Assembly: GCA_027593235.1 (NCBI GenBank)
Contig: JAQCIU010000007.1
Coordinates: 1-64,000 of the forward strand
Length of the DNA: 64,000 nt
Source: Chloroflexota bacterium
GTDB lineage: Bacteria; Chloroflexota; Dehalococcoidia; UBA2979
Direction of reading: 5' to 3'
In this document: positions 1 to 9,144 of the stretch, in pieces
Layout: each line of letters opens with the position of its first letter
Numbering within the stretch: position 1 is the first letter of the stretch
The notes under the pieces: generated by a model
Told to the model about the DNA's origin: nothing
The model's input: the letters and a program-made list of their open reading frames with translations, nothing else
The model's database searches: none
Made by a program: the position numbers and the translations under genes

Positions 1-97
1 CATGGCTCGCTCGGTGGCCGCCCACCCATCAGCCGTGTCTCACATGTCCGTGGTCAGTACAGCTAGCGCACCGTCTCCGGCCTGCTGGCAGGGGTGA

Positions 98-706
98 TCA
101 GCGCCGCCAGCCGCCGCTGGACTTCGGCCCCTCGTCGGTCACACGGACCACGTAGGTCTTCGCCAGCTTGTCGTGCCAGGTCTGGGTGCGACGGTCGAAG
201 TAGGCCCAGATGTAGCCCAGCAACAGCACCTGGCTCAGCACGCTGGCGGCGGTACGCATCACGCCCCAGCGCAGGCCCGGTGCCTCGCCCGCCTCCTTGA
301 CGATGCGAAGCCCCATCGCCAGCTTGCCCGGCGACCAGCCCCGAGGATTGAAGTTCAGCCCGTAACCGGTCTCGATCAGCGTCGTGATCAGGTAGAACTG
401 CGCACTCGCCGCCTCCGTGCTTTCCGGCACGCCGGCGAGCCAGGAAACCGCGATCGCACAGGCCGCGATCAGCAATCGATCGATCGCGAAGCCCACCGCT
501 CGCCGGTTGAAGGTCGCCAGCGCGAAGCCGTCCTGGCCCTCCTCGAGGGCAGGCGGGTAGACCTCGAACTCCACGTCCAGCGGCGTTCGCTGGCGCACGT
601 GACCGGCCGCCAGCGATCCGTCGCCGGACCAGCTCAGGCCGGGATGCCCCAGCTCCGAGGGCGTCTCGGTGGGATCGGCCTCGGCGGGATCGGGCCCGGC
701 GGTCAT
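98..706 (-). CDS. RDD family membrane protein
   Basis: LATFNRRAVGFAID...SPGKLAMGLRIV...QTWHDKLAKTYVV is the typical RDD signature. Confidence 0.85.
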   Translation of the reverse strand: MTAGPDPAEADPTETPSELGHPGLSWSGDGSLAAGHVRQRTPLDVEFEVYPPALEEGQDGFALATFNRRAVGFAIDRLLIAACAIAVSWLAGVPESTEAASAQFYLITTLIETGYGLNFNPRGWSPGKLAMGLRIVKEAGEAPGLRWGVMRTAASVLSQVLLLGYIWAYFDRRTQTWHDKLAKTYVVRVTDEGPKSSGGWRR

Positions 707-709
707 CGG

Positions 710-1480
710 CTAGCCATGCAGGCTGATCGCACCGTCGACCACCAGCAGCTCCGACGTGACGAAGCCTGCCTCGTCTGAGGCGAGGTAGACCAGCGCGCCT
801 TGCAGATCCTCGCCGCGCTCTAGCCGCTGCAGCGGGATGTAGCGCTCCAGCGCGGCGCGCAGCTCCGGATCCTGCTGCGGCCCGGCCAGCTCCTCGGTAA
901 AACCGAACCCGAGGGCGTTGACGGTGACGCCGCTCCGGATCCACTCGATCCCTAGCGACTTCGTCAGCCCCAGCAGCGCGCCCTGTGTCGCCGCGTACAC
1001 GGCAGTATTCGGGACGCCGCGGTCGTGGAGGATCGAAACCAGGTTGACCACGCGACCGTGACCGCGTTCGACCATCCGCCGGCCGACCACGCGGGTCGTC
1101 ACCATCACCCCCGCGAGGTTCGTGTTGAACGTCGCGCCAACCTCCTCGGCGGTCATCTCGAGGAACGGCTTGATCACCGCGCCGTGCGGTGCGTTCACGA
1201 GAATGTCGATCGGCGCGATCCGCTCTTCGAGGCCGGCGACCGCCGCCTCGACGGCGACCTCGTCCGTGAGCGCGAGCGTGATCGCTTCGCCGCGACGCCC
1301 GATCGACCAGCATTCGTTGAAGATCGAGTTAGCCTGGACCTCCTCGTCGAGCTGCGCGGAGGCCGTGGTCAGCGACACATCGGCGCCGGCTTCCGCGAGC
1401 GCGACCGCGAGGGCGCGCTGGAACGGACCGACGGCGCCGGTGACGAGGGCGTGCTTGCCGGCAAGGCTGAAGAACGTCAT
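710..1480 (-). CDS. SDR family oxidoreductase with atypical motifs
   Basis: SDR fold (LVTGA, DILVN, VTVNAL, VDG); Gly-rich motif degenerate and YxxxK reads YAATQ. Confidence 0.8.
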   Translation of the reverse strand: MTFFSLAGKHALVTGAVGPFQRALAVALAEAGADVSLTTASAQLDEEVQANSIFNECWSIGRRGEAITLALTDEVAVEAAVAGLEERIAPIDILVNAPHGAVIKPFLEMTAEEVGATFNTNLAGVMVTTRVVGRRMVERGHGRVVNLVSILHDRGVPNTAVYAATQGALLGLTKSLGIEWIRSGVTVNALGFGFTEELAGPQQDPELRAALERYIPLQRLERGEDLQGALVYLASDEAGFVTSELLVVDGAISLHG

Positions 1481-2280
1481 GCGGCACCCCCGGGGACGAC
1501 CGGCGCGATGCCCGCGGGCGTCACCCCGGCGGCGATTGCGCCGCCGTCAATCAGCACCGTCTCGCCCGAGAGGTACTCGGCAGCGTCCGAGGCGAGGAAC
1601 ACGGCAAGCGGCCCGATCTCGTTCATCCGCCCGAAGCGCCCGGCCGGCTGCAGCCCCGCGCGGTTCTCGACCTCGGGGGTCAGTTCGTGCGGGAACGCGC
1701 CGGGGGCGATGCAAGACGAGCGCACGTTGGCGCGGGCGTAGCTCATCGCCAGCGCCTTCGTCAGCGAGATCACGCCCGCCTTGGAGATGGGATACATGTA
1801 GCGATCGCGCGCGCCGCGGAAGCCCCAGCCGGAGGTCACATTGATGATCCGGCCGTGCTCGTGCTCCACGAAGTGCTCGATGATGGCGCGCGAGCAGAAA
1901 AACGCCGACGTCAGGTTGGTGTCGATCCCGAGGTGCCAGTCCTCGTCGGTCAGTTCAGGCAGCGTCTTGCCGCGCCCGGCCGCGCCGCCGCCGGCGTTAT
2001 TCACGAGAATCTCGATCGTCCCGAACTCCGCGATCGCCGCGGCGACCATCGCATTCACCTCAGCGGAGTCGGTCACGTCGGTCGGTCGCGCGAGGAACCG
2101 TCGGCCGCGCTCGCGCACGAGGGCGCCCGTCTCCTCGAGCGGTTCGGGACGCCGTCCGACGCCGACGATGTCGGCGCCCGCCTCGGCGAGCGCCAGCGCC
2201 ATCTCGCGGCCGAGGTTGCTCCCCGCCCCCGTGACGATCGCGGTGCGGCCGCTCAAATCGAATCGATCGAGGATCGGCAT
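1477..2280 (-). CDS. SDR family oxidoreductase
   Basis: TGAGSNLG, LVNNAG, YPISK catalytic motif; 4-nt overlap with the downstream gene. Confidence 0.9.
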   Translation of the reverse strand: MPILDRFDLSGRTAIVTGAGSNLGREMALALAEAGADIVGVGRRPEPLEETGALVRERGRRFLARPTDVTDSAEVNAMVAAAIAEFGTIEILVNNAGGGAAGRGKTLPELTDEDWHLGIDTNLTSAFFCSRAIIEHFVEHEHGRIINVTSGWGFRGARDRYMYPISKAGVISLTKALAMSYARANVRSSCIAPGAFPHELTPEVENRAGLQPAGRFGRMNEIGPLAVFLASDAAEYLSGETVLIDGGAIAAGVTPAGIAPVVPGGAA

Positions 2281-2298
2281 GCCTGCCTCCTTCCGAGG

Positions 2299-2967
2299 CT
2301 AGTCGACGCGAACGACCTCGCCGGTGGCGTCGCCACTGGCGAGTTGGAGTGCCGCCGCGCTGATCGCATCCGGCTCCGCGTCACGTCCGACCACGAGACC
2401 ATTCACCCGGATGCCGTTGGACGCCAGTTCGCGCCCGGCTTCGCGTACAAGCTGGCGCGCACCGGCCTGCGCTCCGGCGACCGCCGCCATGCCCGGTTCG
2501 CCCTCGTGATCGCGCGTCACCACCAGCACGCTGCCGCGCATCCCGTCGCGTTCCTCGTTGCGGGCGAACTCGCCGGCGGCGGAGCGAATCACAAACAGGT
2601 GCGCGCTGTAGTTCAGCGCCACCACCCGCGCGAGATCGGTCTCGCTGATCTTGTCGAGCGGCACCGACAGCGCCAGTTCGCCGGCGCTGACCACGAGGTC
2701 CAGCCCGCCCATCTCCTTCGACACCTGCCGCGTCGTCACCTGGACGTTGCGGCCCAGCATCACGTCCATCACGTACTCGGCGGAACGGCGCCCCAGCGCC
2801 TCGATCGCGCGCTTCACCTTGCGAGAGGTCAGCACGCTCTGATCCGGCTGCAGCGCGCAGACCGCGACGTCCGCACCGGCTTCCGCGAACGCCAGCGCGA
2901 TCGCGCCGCCGGGCGCGAACTCCGCGCCGATCACCATCGCGCGGCGGCCCTCGAGTGTGCCGCTCAC
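2299..2967 (-). CDS. SDR-like protein lacking the catalytic motif
   Basis: SDR-like N-terminus and ELASNGIRVNGL; no YxxxK. Confidence 0.7.
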   Translation of the reverse strand: MSGTLEGRRAMVIGAEFAPGGAIALAFAEAGADVAVCALQPDQSVLTSRKVKRAIEALGRRSAEYVMDVMLGRNVQVTTRQVSKEMGGLDLVVSAGELALSVPLDKISETDLARVVALNYSAHLFVIRSAAGEFARNEERDGMRGSVLVVTRDHEGEPGMAAVAGAQAGARQLVREAGRELASNGIRVNGLVVGRDAEPDAISAAALQLASGDATGEVVRVD

Positions 2968-3070
2968 CGCGTCACCGCAGCGGCGCGATCAACCTCGGTC
3001 GAGCCAGGGCGGTCGGAACGAGCGTCGTCCATGGGTGCCGGCGATTCATCGAGGTCAGAACGGGAGTTGG

Positions 3071-3907
3071 TCAGATCACGCCCGTCGCGCTCAGCAGGAG
3101 CACCAGGGCGCCGAGGCCGATCCTATACCAGACGAACGGGAGCAAGGTTCCGCTCTGGAGATAGCCCAGTAACCAGCGGATCACGAGTGCGCCCACGACC
3201 GCGGCGACCGCCGCCCCAACAATCGTCGGGCCCCAGGCGATCGTCTCGCCCGAAGAGAGCGCGTCACTGAACTTCAGCACGCCCGCACCGAGGATTACCG
3301 GCGCCGACAGCAGGAACGAGAAGCGCGCGGCCGAGGGTCGATCGAAGCCCAGGGCGCGCCCGGCGGTGATCGTGACCCCTGCCCGCGAGACCCCGGGAAT
3401 CAGCGCGACCGCCTGGGCAACGCCAACCACCAGCGCCCGCGACGGTGTCATGTCCAGCAGCCGCGCCACGGTGCCACCCCAGCGGTCCACCGCGCCCATC
3501 ACCAGGCCAAACACAATCAGGTTCACGCCCACGATCCACGGCTCGCGGAGCTTCTCGTCGATCGCGTCGCCAAAGAGAAACCCAACGACAACCGCCGGGA
3601 TCGTCCCAACGACGATCCACAGCCCGAGCAGTCCATAGGGCGACCATCGCTTGAGCGCGATCCCGTGTCGCGCGATATCGCCCAACCCGGCGCCGATGAT
3701 TCGCGCCCAGTCACGCCAGAAAAAGGCGATCACCGCAAGCATCGTTCCCAGATGGAGCGCGACATCGAAGGTCAGCGTGCTGACGTTGTCGCCAACCAGC
3801 TCAGGCGCGAGGATCAGGTGGCCGGAGGAGGAAACCGGCAGGAACTCGGTCGCAGCCTGGATCAGCCCGAGGAAGGCGGCGCGCAGCAGGTCGTCGAGTT
3901 CACCCAC
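3071..3907 (-). CDS. uppP: undecaprenyl-diphosphate phosphatase
   Basis: TEFLPVSSSGHL, LHLGT, PGVSR, FSFLLSAP motifs. Confidence 0.95.
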   Translation of the reverse strand: MGELDDLLRAAFLGLIQAATEFLPVSSSGHLILAPELVGDNVSTLTFDVALHLGTMLAVIAFFWRDWARIIGAGLGDIARHGIALKRWSPYGLLGLWIVVGTIPAVVVGFLFGDAIDEKLREPWIVGVNLIVFGLVMGAVDRWGGTVARLLDMTPSRALVVGVAQAVALIPGVSRAGVTITAGRALGFDRPSAARFSFLLSAPVILGAGVLKFSDALSSGETIAWGPTIVGAAVAAVVGALVIRWLLGYLQSGTLLPFVWYRIGLGALVLLLSATGVI

Positions 3908-3980
3908 GTCCCGACTCTACGGCCTGCCACGACCTCGGGACATCGGGGCCGTCACCGGTAGCTGGCTCGCCGGCGCCGTC

Positions 3981-4037
3981 CCTCCCAGCCCGGGATTCCG
4001 AGGCAGCCCCTCATCCCATCCCGGGATTCCGAGGCAG
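3981..4037. repeat. two copies of a ~26-bp direct repeat (core CCCGGGATTCCGAGGCAG) in a divergent intergenic region
   Basis: copies at 3981-4006 and 4012-4037. Confidence 0.8.
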
Positions 4038-4055
4038 GCGCGCTAGCATGGCCGC

Positions 4056-4703
4056 GTGGATATCGGACCCTGGCTCGATCGCATCTTCCCGGAGGTCGCG
4101 CCCGACCCACGGCCCGAGAACCCCTCCTGGGTGGCTCGTATCAAGACGCGCACCCCCGAGCACAACCCACCGCTCTTCTGGCTCGGCCGGGCGCTCGACA
4201 TCGTCGAGGAACACGGCGCCCTCGAGGCCTTCGCCGCACGCGCGCGCGCCGCGATTGTCAGCCCCCGCCGCGCCACCTGGGAGTCCGAGCAGGCGATCGA
4301 GGACGTCTTCAGCGAGGCCTGTGCCTTCGCCTGGGCGGCGGAACACCTCGGTCGCCCCGAGTTCATCGAGGAGCCCGGCGGCACGATGTGTATCGCGGTC
4401 CCGGATCACGACGCGGTGATCGCCGCGCGCCGGCTTCATCCGCAAGAAAGACTCGAGGACGTCCTCGAAACCGTCGCCCGGCTCGCCATCGACGCGGCCG
4501 CCGATCTGCCCACCGCCGCCGGTCGCATCCTCTACGTGGACACGTACCTCAACCTGCGGTTCTACGCGCAGGACGTCGGGTACCGACTGGAGCTGACCGA
4601 GCCCGTGATCGCGGCCATGCGTCAGTTCGCCGGCGAGCGCGACCTGGGGCACGTCCTTACGCGGCCATTCCAGTGGGGCAACCCCGTCGACGCTGCGTAC
4701 TGA
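4056..4703 (+). CDS. hypothetical protein
   Basis: 215-aa ORF with normal composition and GC3-rich codons; no family recognised. Confidence 0.7.
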   Translation: MDIGPWLDRIFPEVAPDPRPENPSWVARIKTRTPEHNPPLFWLGRALDIVEEHGALEAFAARARAAIVSPRRATWESEQAIEDVFSEACAFAWAAEHLGRPEFIEEPGGTMCIAVPDHDAVIAARRLHPQERLEDVLETVARLAIDAAADLPTAAGRILYVDTYLNLRFYAQDVGYRLELTEPVIAAMRQFAGERDLGHVLTRPFQWGNPVDAAY

Positions 4704-4740
4704 GCCTGAGCCCTTCGTTCGAGCTGGCGGAGCTGAACCG

Positions 4741-5703
4741 ATGCCCGACCTCTACCCCGAACCCGCCCTCGACGATCACGGCACCCTCGAGGTCGGCGAC
4801 GGCCACGCCCTGTACTGGGAGAGCTGCGGGAATCCCGAGGGCAAAGCGGCGCTCGTGCTCCATGGCGGGCCCGGGTCCGGCTGCACGCCCTGGCACCGCC
4901 GCCTCTTCGATCCGGCGCGCTACCGCGTCGTGCTATTCGACCAGCGCAACTGTGGCCGCAGCACGCCGCACGCCAGCACGCCCGACGTCGACCTGAGCGC
5001 GAACACCACGCAGCACCTGGTTGCGGACATCGAGCGGCTGCGCGAGCACCTCGGGATCGAGCGCTGGCTCATCCTCGGTGGGTCGTGGGGCAGCACGCTC
5101 GCCCTCGCCTACGCCGAGGCGCATCCGGCGCGCGTGAGCGAGCTGGTGCTGTTCGGCGTCACCGCCGGCCAGCACGCCGAGGTCGATTGGGTCTTCCGAG
5201 GTGGCCTCGCCGCCCGCTTCCCGGCGCAGTGGGAGCGTCTCCGCGACGCCGTCCTGCCCGCGGGCGATCGCGACGGCGATGTCCTCGCCGCGGTCCACCG
5301 GCTCCTCTTCGATCCAGACCCCGAGGTTCGCGAACGCGCCGCTACCGAGTGGTGCCTCTGGGAGTCGGCCAGCCCGGACTGGCCGCCGAAGACCGAACTG
5401 GCGCCGCGCTTTCCCGACCCCGCGTACGCGCTGGCCTTCGCTCGCATCGTCACGCACTACGCGCTCCACTACCTCTGGCTGGAAGACGGAGCCCTCCTTG
5501 AGGGCGCCAGCGCCCTCACCGAGATCCCGGCGGTGCTGATCAACGGCGAGCACGACGCGCAGACGACCGACGCTGCGGAGAAGCTCGCGCGTCGGATGCC
5601 GCTCGCCGAGCACGTCCTCGTCAAGGACGCCGGGCACGCGGCGGGCAACAGCGGCATCGCCTCAGCGATCGTCGCGGCGACCGACCGCTTCGCCTCGACG
5701 TAG
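4741..5703 (+). CDS. pip: proline iminopeptidase
   Basis: HGGPGSG, FDQRNCGRSTP, GGSWGSTLAL. Confidence 0.93.
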   Translation: MPDLYPEPALDDHGTLEVGDGHALYWESCGNPEGKAALVLHGGPGSGCTPWHRRLFDPARYRVVLFDQRNCGRSTPHASTPDVDLSANTTQHLVADIERLREHLGIERWLILGGSWGSTLALAYAEAHPARVSELVLFGVTAGQHAEVDWVFRGGLAARFPAQWERLRDAVLPAGDRDGDVLAAVHRLLFDPDPEVRERAATEWCLWESASPDWPPKTELAPRFPDPAYALAFARIVTHYALHYLWLEDGALLEGASALTEIPAVLINGEHDAQTTDAAEKLARRMPLAEHVLVKDAGHAAGNSGIASAIVAATDRFAST

Positions 5704-5782
5704 CAGGCGCCCTCGGCCGCCTCGATATGCCACACTCCGCTCGCGTCACCGCGCGCCCGTGGCGCTCAGCGAGGAGATCCCC

Positions 5783-6568
5783 ATGACCGACCGTTTCGAG
5801 GGCAAAGTCGCCGCCGTCACCGGCGCCGCCGGTGGCATCGGCCGCGCCGCCGCCCAGCGCTTCGCTGAGGACGGCGCGAACGTCGTGCTGATCGATCTCC
5901 CGGGCGCGCCGATCGAGGAAACCGTCGCCGCCGTCCAGAACGCGGGCCGCGAAGCGCTCGTCGTTGAGGCGGACGTGACAAACCCCTCGGACGTGAAGCG
6001 CTACGTCGAACGGACGCGCGAGCACTTCGGCCGCCTCGACGCCTTCTTCAACAACGCGGGCATCCTCGGGCCGGTCTCGAGCCTGTTCGACTACCCGGAC
6101 GACGCCTTCGACAAGGTGCTGCAGGTGAACGTGAAAGGCGTCTGGTACGGCATGCGCGAGACCGCCCCGCTGCTCGCCGAGAATGGCGGCGGCGCGATCG
6201 TCAACACCGCCTCGATCGCCGGGCTACAGGGCACGCCGACGCTCTTCGCCTACGGCGCGAGCAAGCACGCGGTGATCGGCATGACCAAGTCAGCGGCGAT
6301 GACCCTCGTGGGTCAGGGCATCCGCGTGAACGCCGTCTGCCCGGCCGTCATCGACACCCCGATGGGTGCCGAACTGGAGCGCGGCTCCAGCCCCGACGCC
6401 CCGGAACTCGCCCGCCAGGCGATGCAGGCATCCAACCTCATGGGCCGCTACGGCACCCCCGAAGAGATCGCCGCCCTCGTCTCGTTCCTCTGCAGCGACG
6501 AAGCCTCGTTCATCAACGGCGCGGCCTACCCGATCGATGGCGGCGGCACCGCCACCCGCCGCGCTTAG
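5783..6568 (+). CDS. SDR family oxidoreductase
   Basis: TGAAGGIG, NNAG, YGASK; GAGGAG SD before ATG 5783. Confidence 0.92.
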   Translation: MTDRFEGKVAAVTGAAGGIGRAAAQRFAEDGANVVLIDLPGAPIEETVAAVQNAGREALVVEADVTNPSDVKRYVERTREHFGRLDAFFNNAGILGPVSSLFDYPDDAFDKVLQVNVKGVWYGMRETAPLLAENGGGAIVNTASIAGLQGTPTLFAYGASKHAVIGMTKSAAMTLVGQGIRVNAVCPAVIDTPMGAELERGSSPDAPELARQAMQASNLMGRYGTPEEIAALVSFLCSDEASFINGAAYPIDGGGTATRRA

Positions 6569-6573
6569 CGCCA

Positions 6574-6726
6574 CCTCAGGTACTGCGTATACGAGAGCAG
6601 GCAATCGCCGAGCTAACGGATCTCGGGTATGAGGTCTTCTCCCCTATGCGGCACAAGCGGCACCTCAAGGACACCTTCAGTCACACTGCCTACAGCGGGG
6701 CTGAGGTACTAGCTCTCCCTATCTGA
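6574..6726 (+). pseudogene. gene fragment resembling a nucleoside 2-deoxyribosyltransferase-like N-terminus
   Basis: start-less frame REQAIAELTDLGYEVFSPMRHKRHL; more AT-rich than its neighbours. Confidence 0.35.
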
Positions 6727-6742
6727 GACAGCGGAAAACCCC

Positions 6743-6808
6743 GAGGCGTCGTTCATCAACGGTAGGATTTGCCTGATCGAAAGCGGCGGGACCGTGACCC
6801 GCCACTAG
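6743..6808 (+). repeat. degenerate copy of the 3' end of the upstream SDR gene (6500-6568)
   Basis: EASFINGRICLIESGGTVTRH* versus EASFINGAAYPIDGGGTATRRA*; about 15 mismatches in 61 nt by eye. Confidence 0.75.
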
Positions 6809-6864
6809 AAAGGCGGACGACACGAACATCGTCGTCGCGTGTGACACCTTGAACGGAACGAGGA

Positions 6865-7338
6865 ATGGCGAAGGCGCTTCCGTACTCCCAGGGCGATCTC
6901 GTGGTCGTCCCGTTGCGCGACAGCAAGGGATTCGCGGTCGGGTTGGTCACCGTTCATGACGGCCGCGGGATCGTAGTCGCGTACTTCTTCGGGATGAGGT
7001 TCCCGGAAGTTCCGTCGCTCGATGACGTCGCAGACCTAGGTCGTTCCGACGTCATATGCGTGAGGCGGTTTGGTGACAACGGGCTGATCACTCGCAAGTG
7101 GTTAGTGCTGGGTCTGTCACCTCGCTGGAACGAGGAAGAGTGGCCGCTACCCAACTTCTGCCGCAATCCTCCACTACTGAACAAGCCGTACCGGGTCATC
7201 TATTCTCCGGAGAACCTCGCCCGGCCTATCCACGAGTTCCGTATCCGCAAGGACGAGTGCGAAGAGCTGCCTCCAGATTCGCTGGCAGGCTCAGGCGCCA
7301 TCGAGATTTCCTTGACCCAGCTACTGGCTAGCAGGTGA
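6865..7338 (+). CDS. Imm26-like immunity protein (orphan)
   Basis: PYSQGDLVVVPLRD..GFAVGLV...YFFG...RRFGDNGLI..KW.VLG pattern of the Imm26 family; lower GC. Confidence 0.7.
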   Translation: MAKALPYSQGDLVVVPLRDSKGFAVGLVTVHDGRGIVVAYFFGMRFPEVPSLDDVADLGRSDVICVRRFGDNGLITRKWLVLGLSPRWNEEEWPLPNFCRNPPLLNKPYRVIYSPENLARPIHEFRIRKDECEELPPDSLAGSGAIEISLTQLLASR

Positions 7339-7746
7339 TCAGCCACGCTCCGAGGGCGGCCGCACGAGCGGCGGCGCGTGCACCTCGGCAGGTACGCGCA
7401 CCCCGTCCACCTCGACCTCCACGCGTTCGAGGCCCGGCGGCAGGTACGCCAGCGCCACGAGATAGCGACCGAGGCTGCTGACAGCCTCGTCTCGGTCCCG
7501 CTCGAAGGTCGCCAGCAGATCGCCGATCGCCGCGAGGCCCATCTCGATCCCGCGGAGCAGCGCGATCAGACGGCCGCGCTCGACCTGATCGGCGCGGTAC
7601 CGGCGGTAGCCGGTCCGGCGATCGACGCCAGCGGGCGACAGCAGCCCCAGCTCGTCGTACAGCCGGAGAGCCTTCGGCGTCAGCTGCGTCAGCCGGGCCA
7701 TCTCGCCAATCGTCAGCGGCGCGCCGGCGGGTTCCTCGAGCGTCAT
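7339..7746 (-). CDS. truncated MerR-family regulator fused to a copy of the gcvT-like C-terminus
   Basis: LTIGEMARLTQLTPKALRLYDELGLL..TGYRRY HTH; last 39 aa nearly identical to the end of 9141-10334. Confidence 0.8.
   Translation of the reverse strand: MTLEEPAGAPLTIGEMARLTQLTPKALRLYDELGLLSPAGVDRRTGYRRYRADQVERGRLIALLRGIEMGLAAIGDLLATFERDRDEAVSSLGRYLVALAYLPPGLERVEVEVDGVRVPAEVHAPPLVRPPSERG
7343..7459. repeat. 117-bp direct repeat, copy 1 (copy 2 at 9157-9273)
   Basis: about 7 mismatches, mostly at synonymous positions. Confidence 0.92.
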
Positions 7747-7783
7747 GGACTCAACATCGCCGCTGCCCCAGGGGGAAGGTCAA
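7747..7783 (-). promoter_or_regulatory. MerR-type promoter/operator
   Basis: minus strand TTGACC, 19-bp spacer containing dyad CTTCCCC-CT-GGGGCAG, weak -10 GATGTT 6 nt before ATG. Confidence 0.65.
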
Positions 7784-7811
7784 GCGACCGCGTCGACGGC
7801 CGACTCACCCG

Positions 7812-8459
7812 CTATGGCGTCGCTCCCAGTTCGGCTGGCGGCCCGTGCCCGAAGTGCAGCCAGCGCGGCTCGAACGAGGCGATCCGCCTCAGCGACGGAT
7901 CCGTCGCGACCCGCGCCTGGTAGTCCGCGAGATCCTCTGCCGCCTGCGCCACGATCACCTCGAGGCCACGCGCCGTCTCGACGAGCGCCGATTGGTGCCC
8001 GGGCGTGTGGCCGGGCGTCGAGATCAATCGGACGCCCTCGGCAAGAGCGAAGTCGCCGTCGAGCTGGCGATAGTCGAGCGCCTCGTGCGCGACCCATTCG
8101 GGGATGGTGTAGCGCGGCTCGCGCGACGCCTCTAACTCGGCGCGCTGCACGTAGATCGGCGTCGCCGCGAAGCGCGTGTTGTTCCCCGAGTGATCGAAGT
8201 GCAGGTGCGAGTTCGCGACAGCGAGCACGTCCCCGACCGCGACACCCTCCGCCGCGAGCAACGCCTCGAGGTCCGCGTTGCGCGGCTGGTACTGCGCGTC
8301 GATGAACGCGTTGCCTGAGCCGATGCCGGTATCGAACAGCAATGGCCCGTCGTCGTGGATCACGAGGAACGCGTAGACCGGCAGTTCGGTGTTGGGTAGC
8401 GGATGCCAGCCGGGCGTCGTGAACTCGGTGAGCAGGAGCGGGCGGATCTGAGCCAGCAT
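7812..8459 (-). CDS. MBL-fold hydrolase, N-acyl homoserine lactonase-like
   Basis: FDTG, SHLHFDHSG, TPGHTPGHQS. Confidence 0.85.
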   Translation of the reverse strand: MLAQIRPLLLTEFTTPGWHPLPNTELPVYAFLVIHDDGPLLFDTGIGSGNAFIDAQYQPRNADLEALLAAEGVAVGDVLAVANSHLHFDHSGNNTRFAATPIYVQRAELEASREPRYTIPEWVAHEALDYRQLDGDFALAEGVRLISTPGHTPGHQSALVETARGLEVIVAQAAEDLADYQARVATDPSLRRIASFEPRWLHFGHGPPAELGATP

Positions 8460-8583
8460 GCAATCAGATTAGATGATTCGCTCGGCGCGGAGCCGCATCG
8501 GCCGAATGAACGAGGGCGGAACACTAGACTTCCGCCAGACATTGCTGAGGCTTGCCGAGTGAGTCGGAACGGCAGAGGGGATC

Positions 8584-9144
8584 GTGAGGGTGGTCGACAC
8601 GCCGGTGCTCGTGCTGATCAGCGGCCCAGTGGCGTCAGGGAAGACAACGCTGGCGTGGCGTCTGGCCGCGCTGACCCGCGCAGCGGGCGATGTGGCGGCT
8701 TCGATCGACATCGACGAACTGACGGAGATCGGCGGCGGCTCCGACTGGACGCAGGTGACCGCGCAGCACCGACGGCAGGCCTGCGAACTCGCAGCAGCGC
8801 TGATCGACCGCTTGGCCGAACACGGCAATCGCTTCGTCGCCGTGGCCGGCTCCACGCTGTCGCCGTACGAGTGGAAGGCGGTAACCGAGCGAGTCAGCGT
8901 GCCGGTGGAACCGACTCTCGTGCGCCTTCGCGTCTCGGTCACCGAGGCGATCCGCCGAGCGCAAGCGGACCCGACCCGGCTGCTCACGCGGGATCCGCAG
9001 GTCGTCGAGCGCCTGCATGCGGCGATCGAGTGGGACGCCACCGCGTCACCAGACCTCGAGATCGACACAGACGAGGTGACAGCCGACGAGGTCGCTGACG
9101 CAGTGATCGCGTACGTGCGGAATCCGGATCGCGGCGCCCGCTAG
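8584..9144 (+). CDS. P-loop kinase / AAA family protein
   Basis: Walker A GPVASGKTT; small nucleotide-kinase fold. Confidence 0.8.
   Translation: MRVVDTPVLVLISGPVASGKTTLAWRLAALTRAAGDVAASIDIDELTEIGGGSDWTQVTAQHRRQACELAAALIDRLAEHGNRFVAVAGSTLSPYEWKAVTERVSVPVEPTLVRLRVSVTEAIRRAQADPTRLLTRDPQVVERLHAAIEWDATASPDLEIDTDEVTADEVADAVIAYVRNPDRGAR

Noticed and set aside
1-62. Possible minus-strand start codon at 1-3
   Set aside because: Any gene would lie outside the window and cannot be supported
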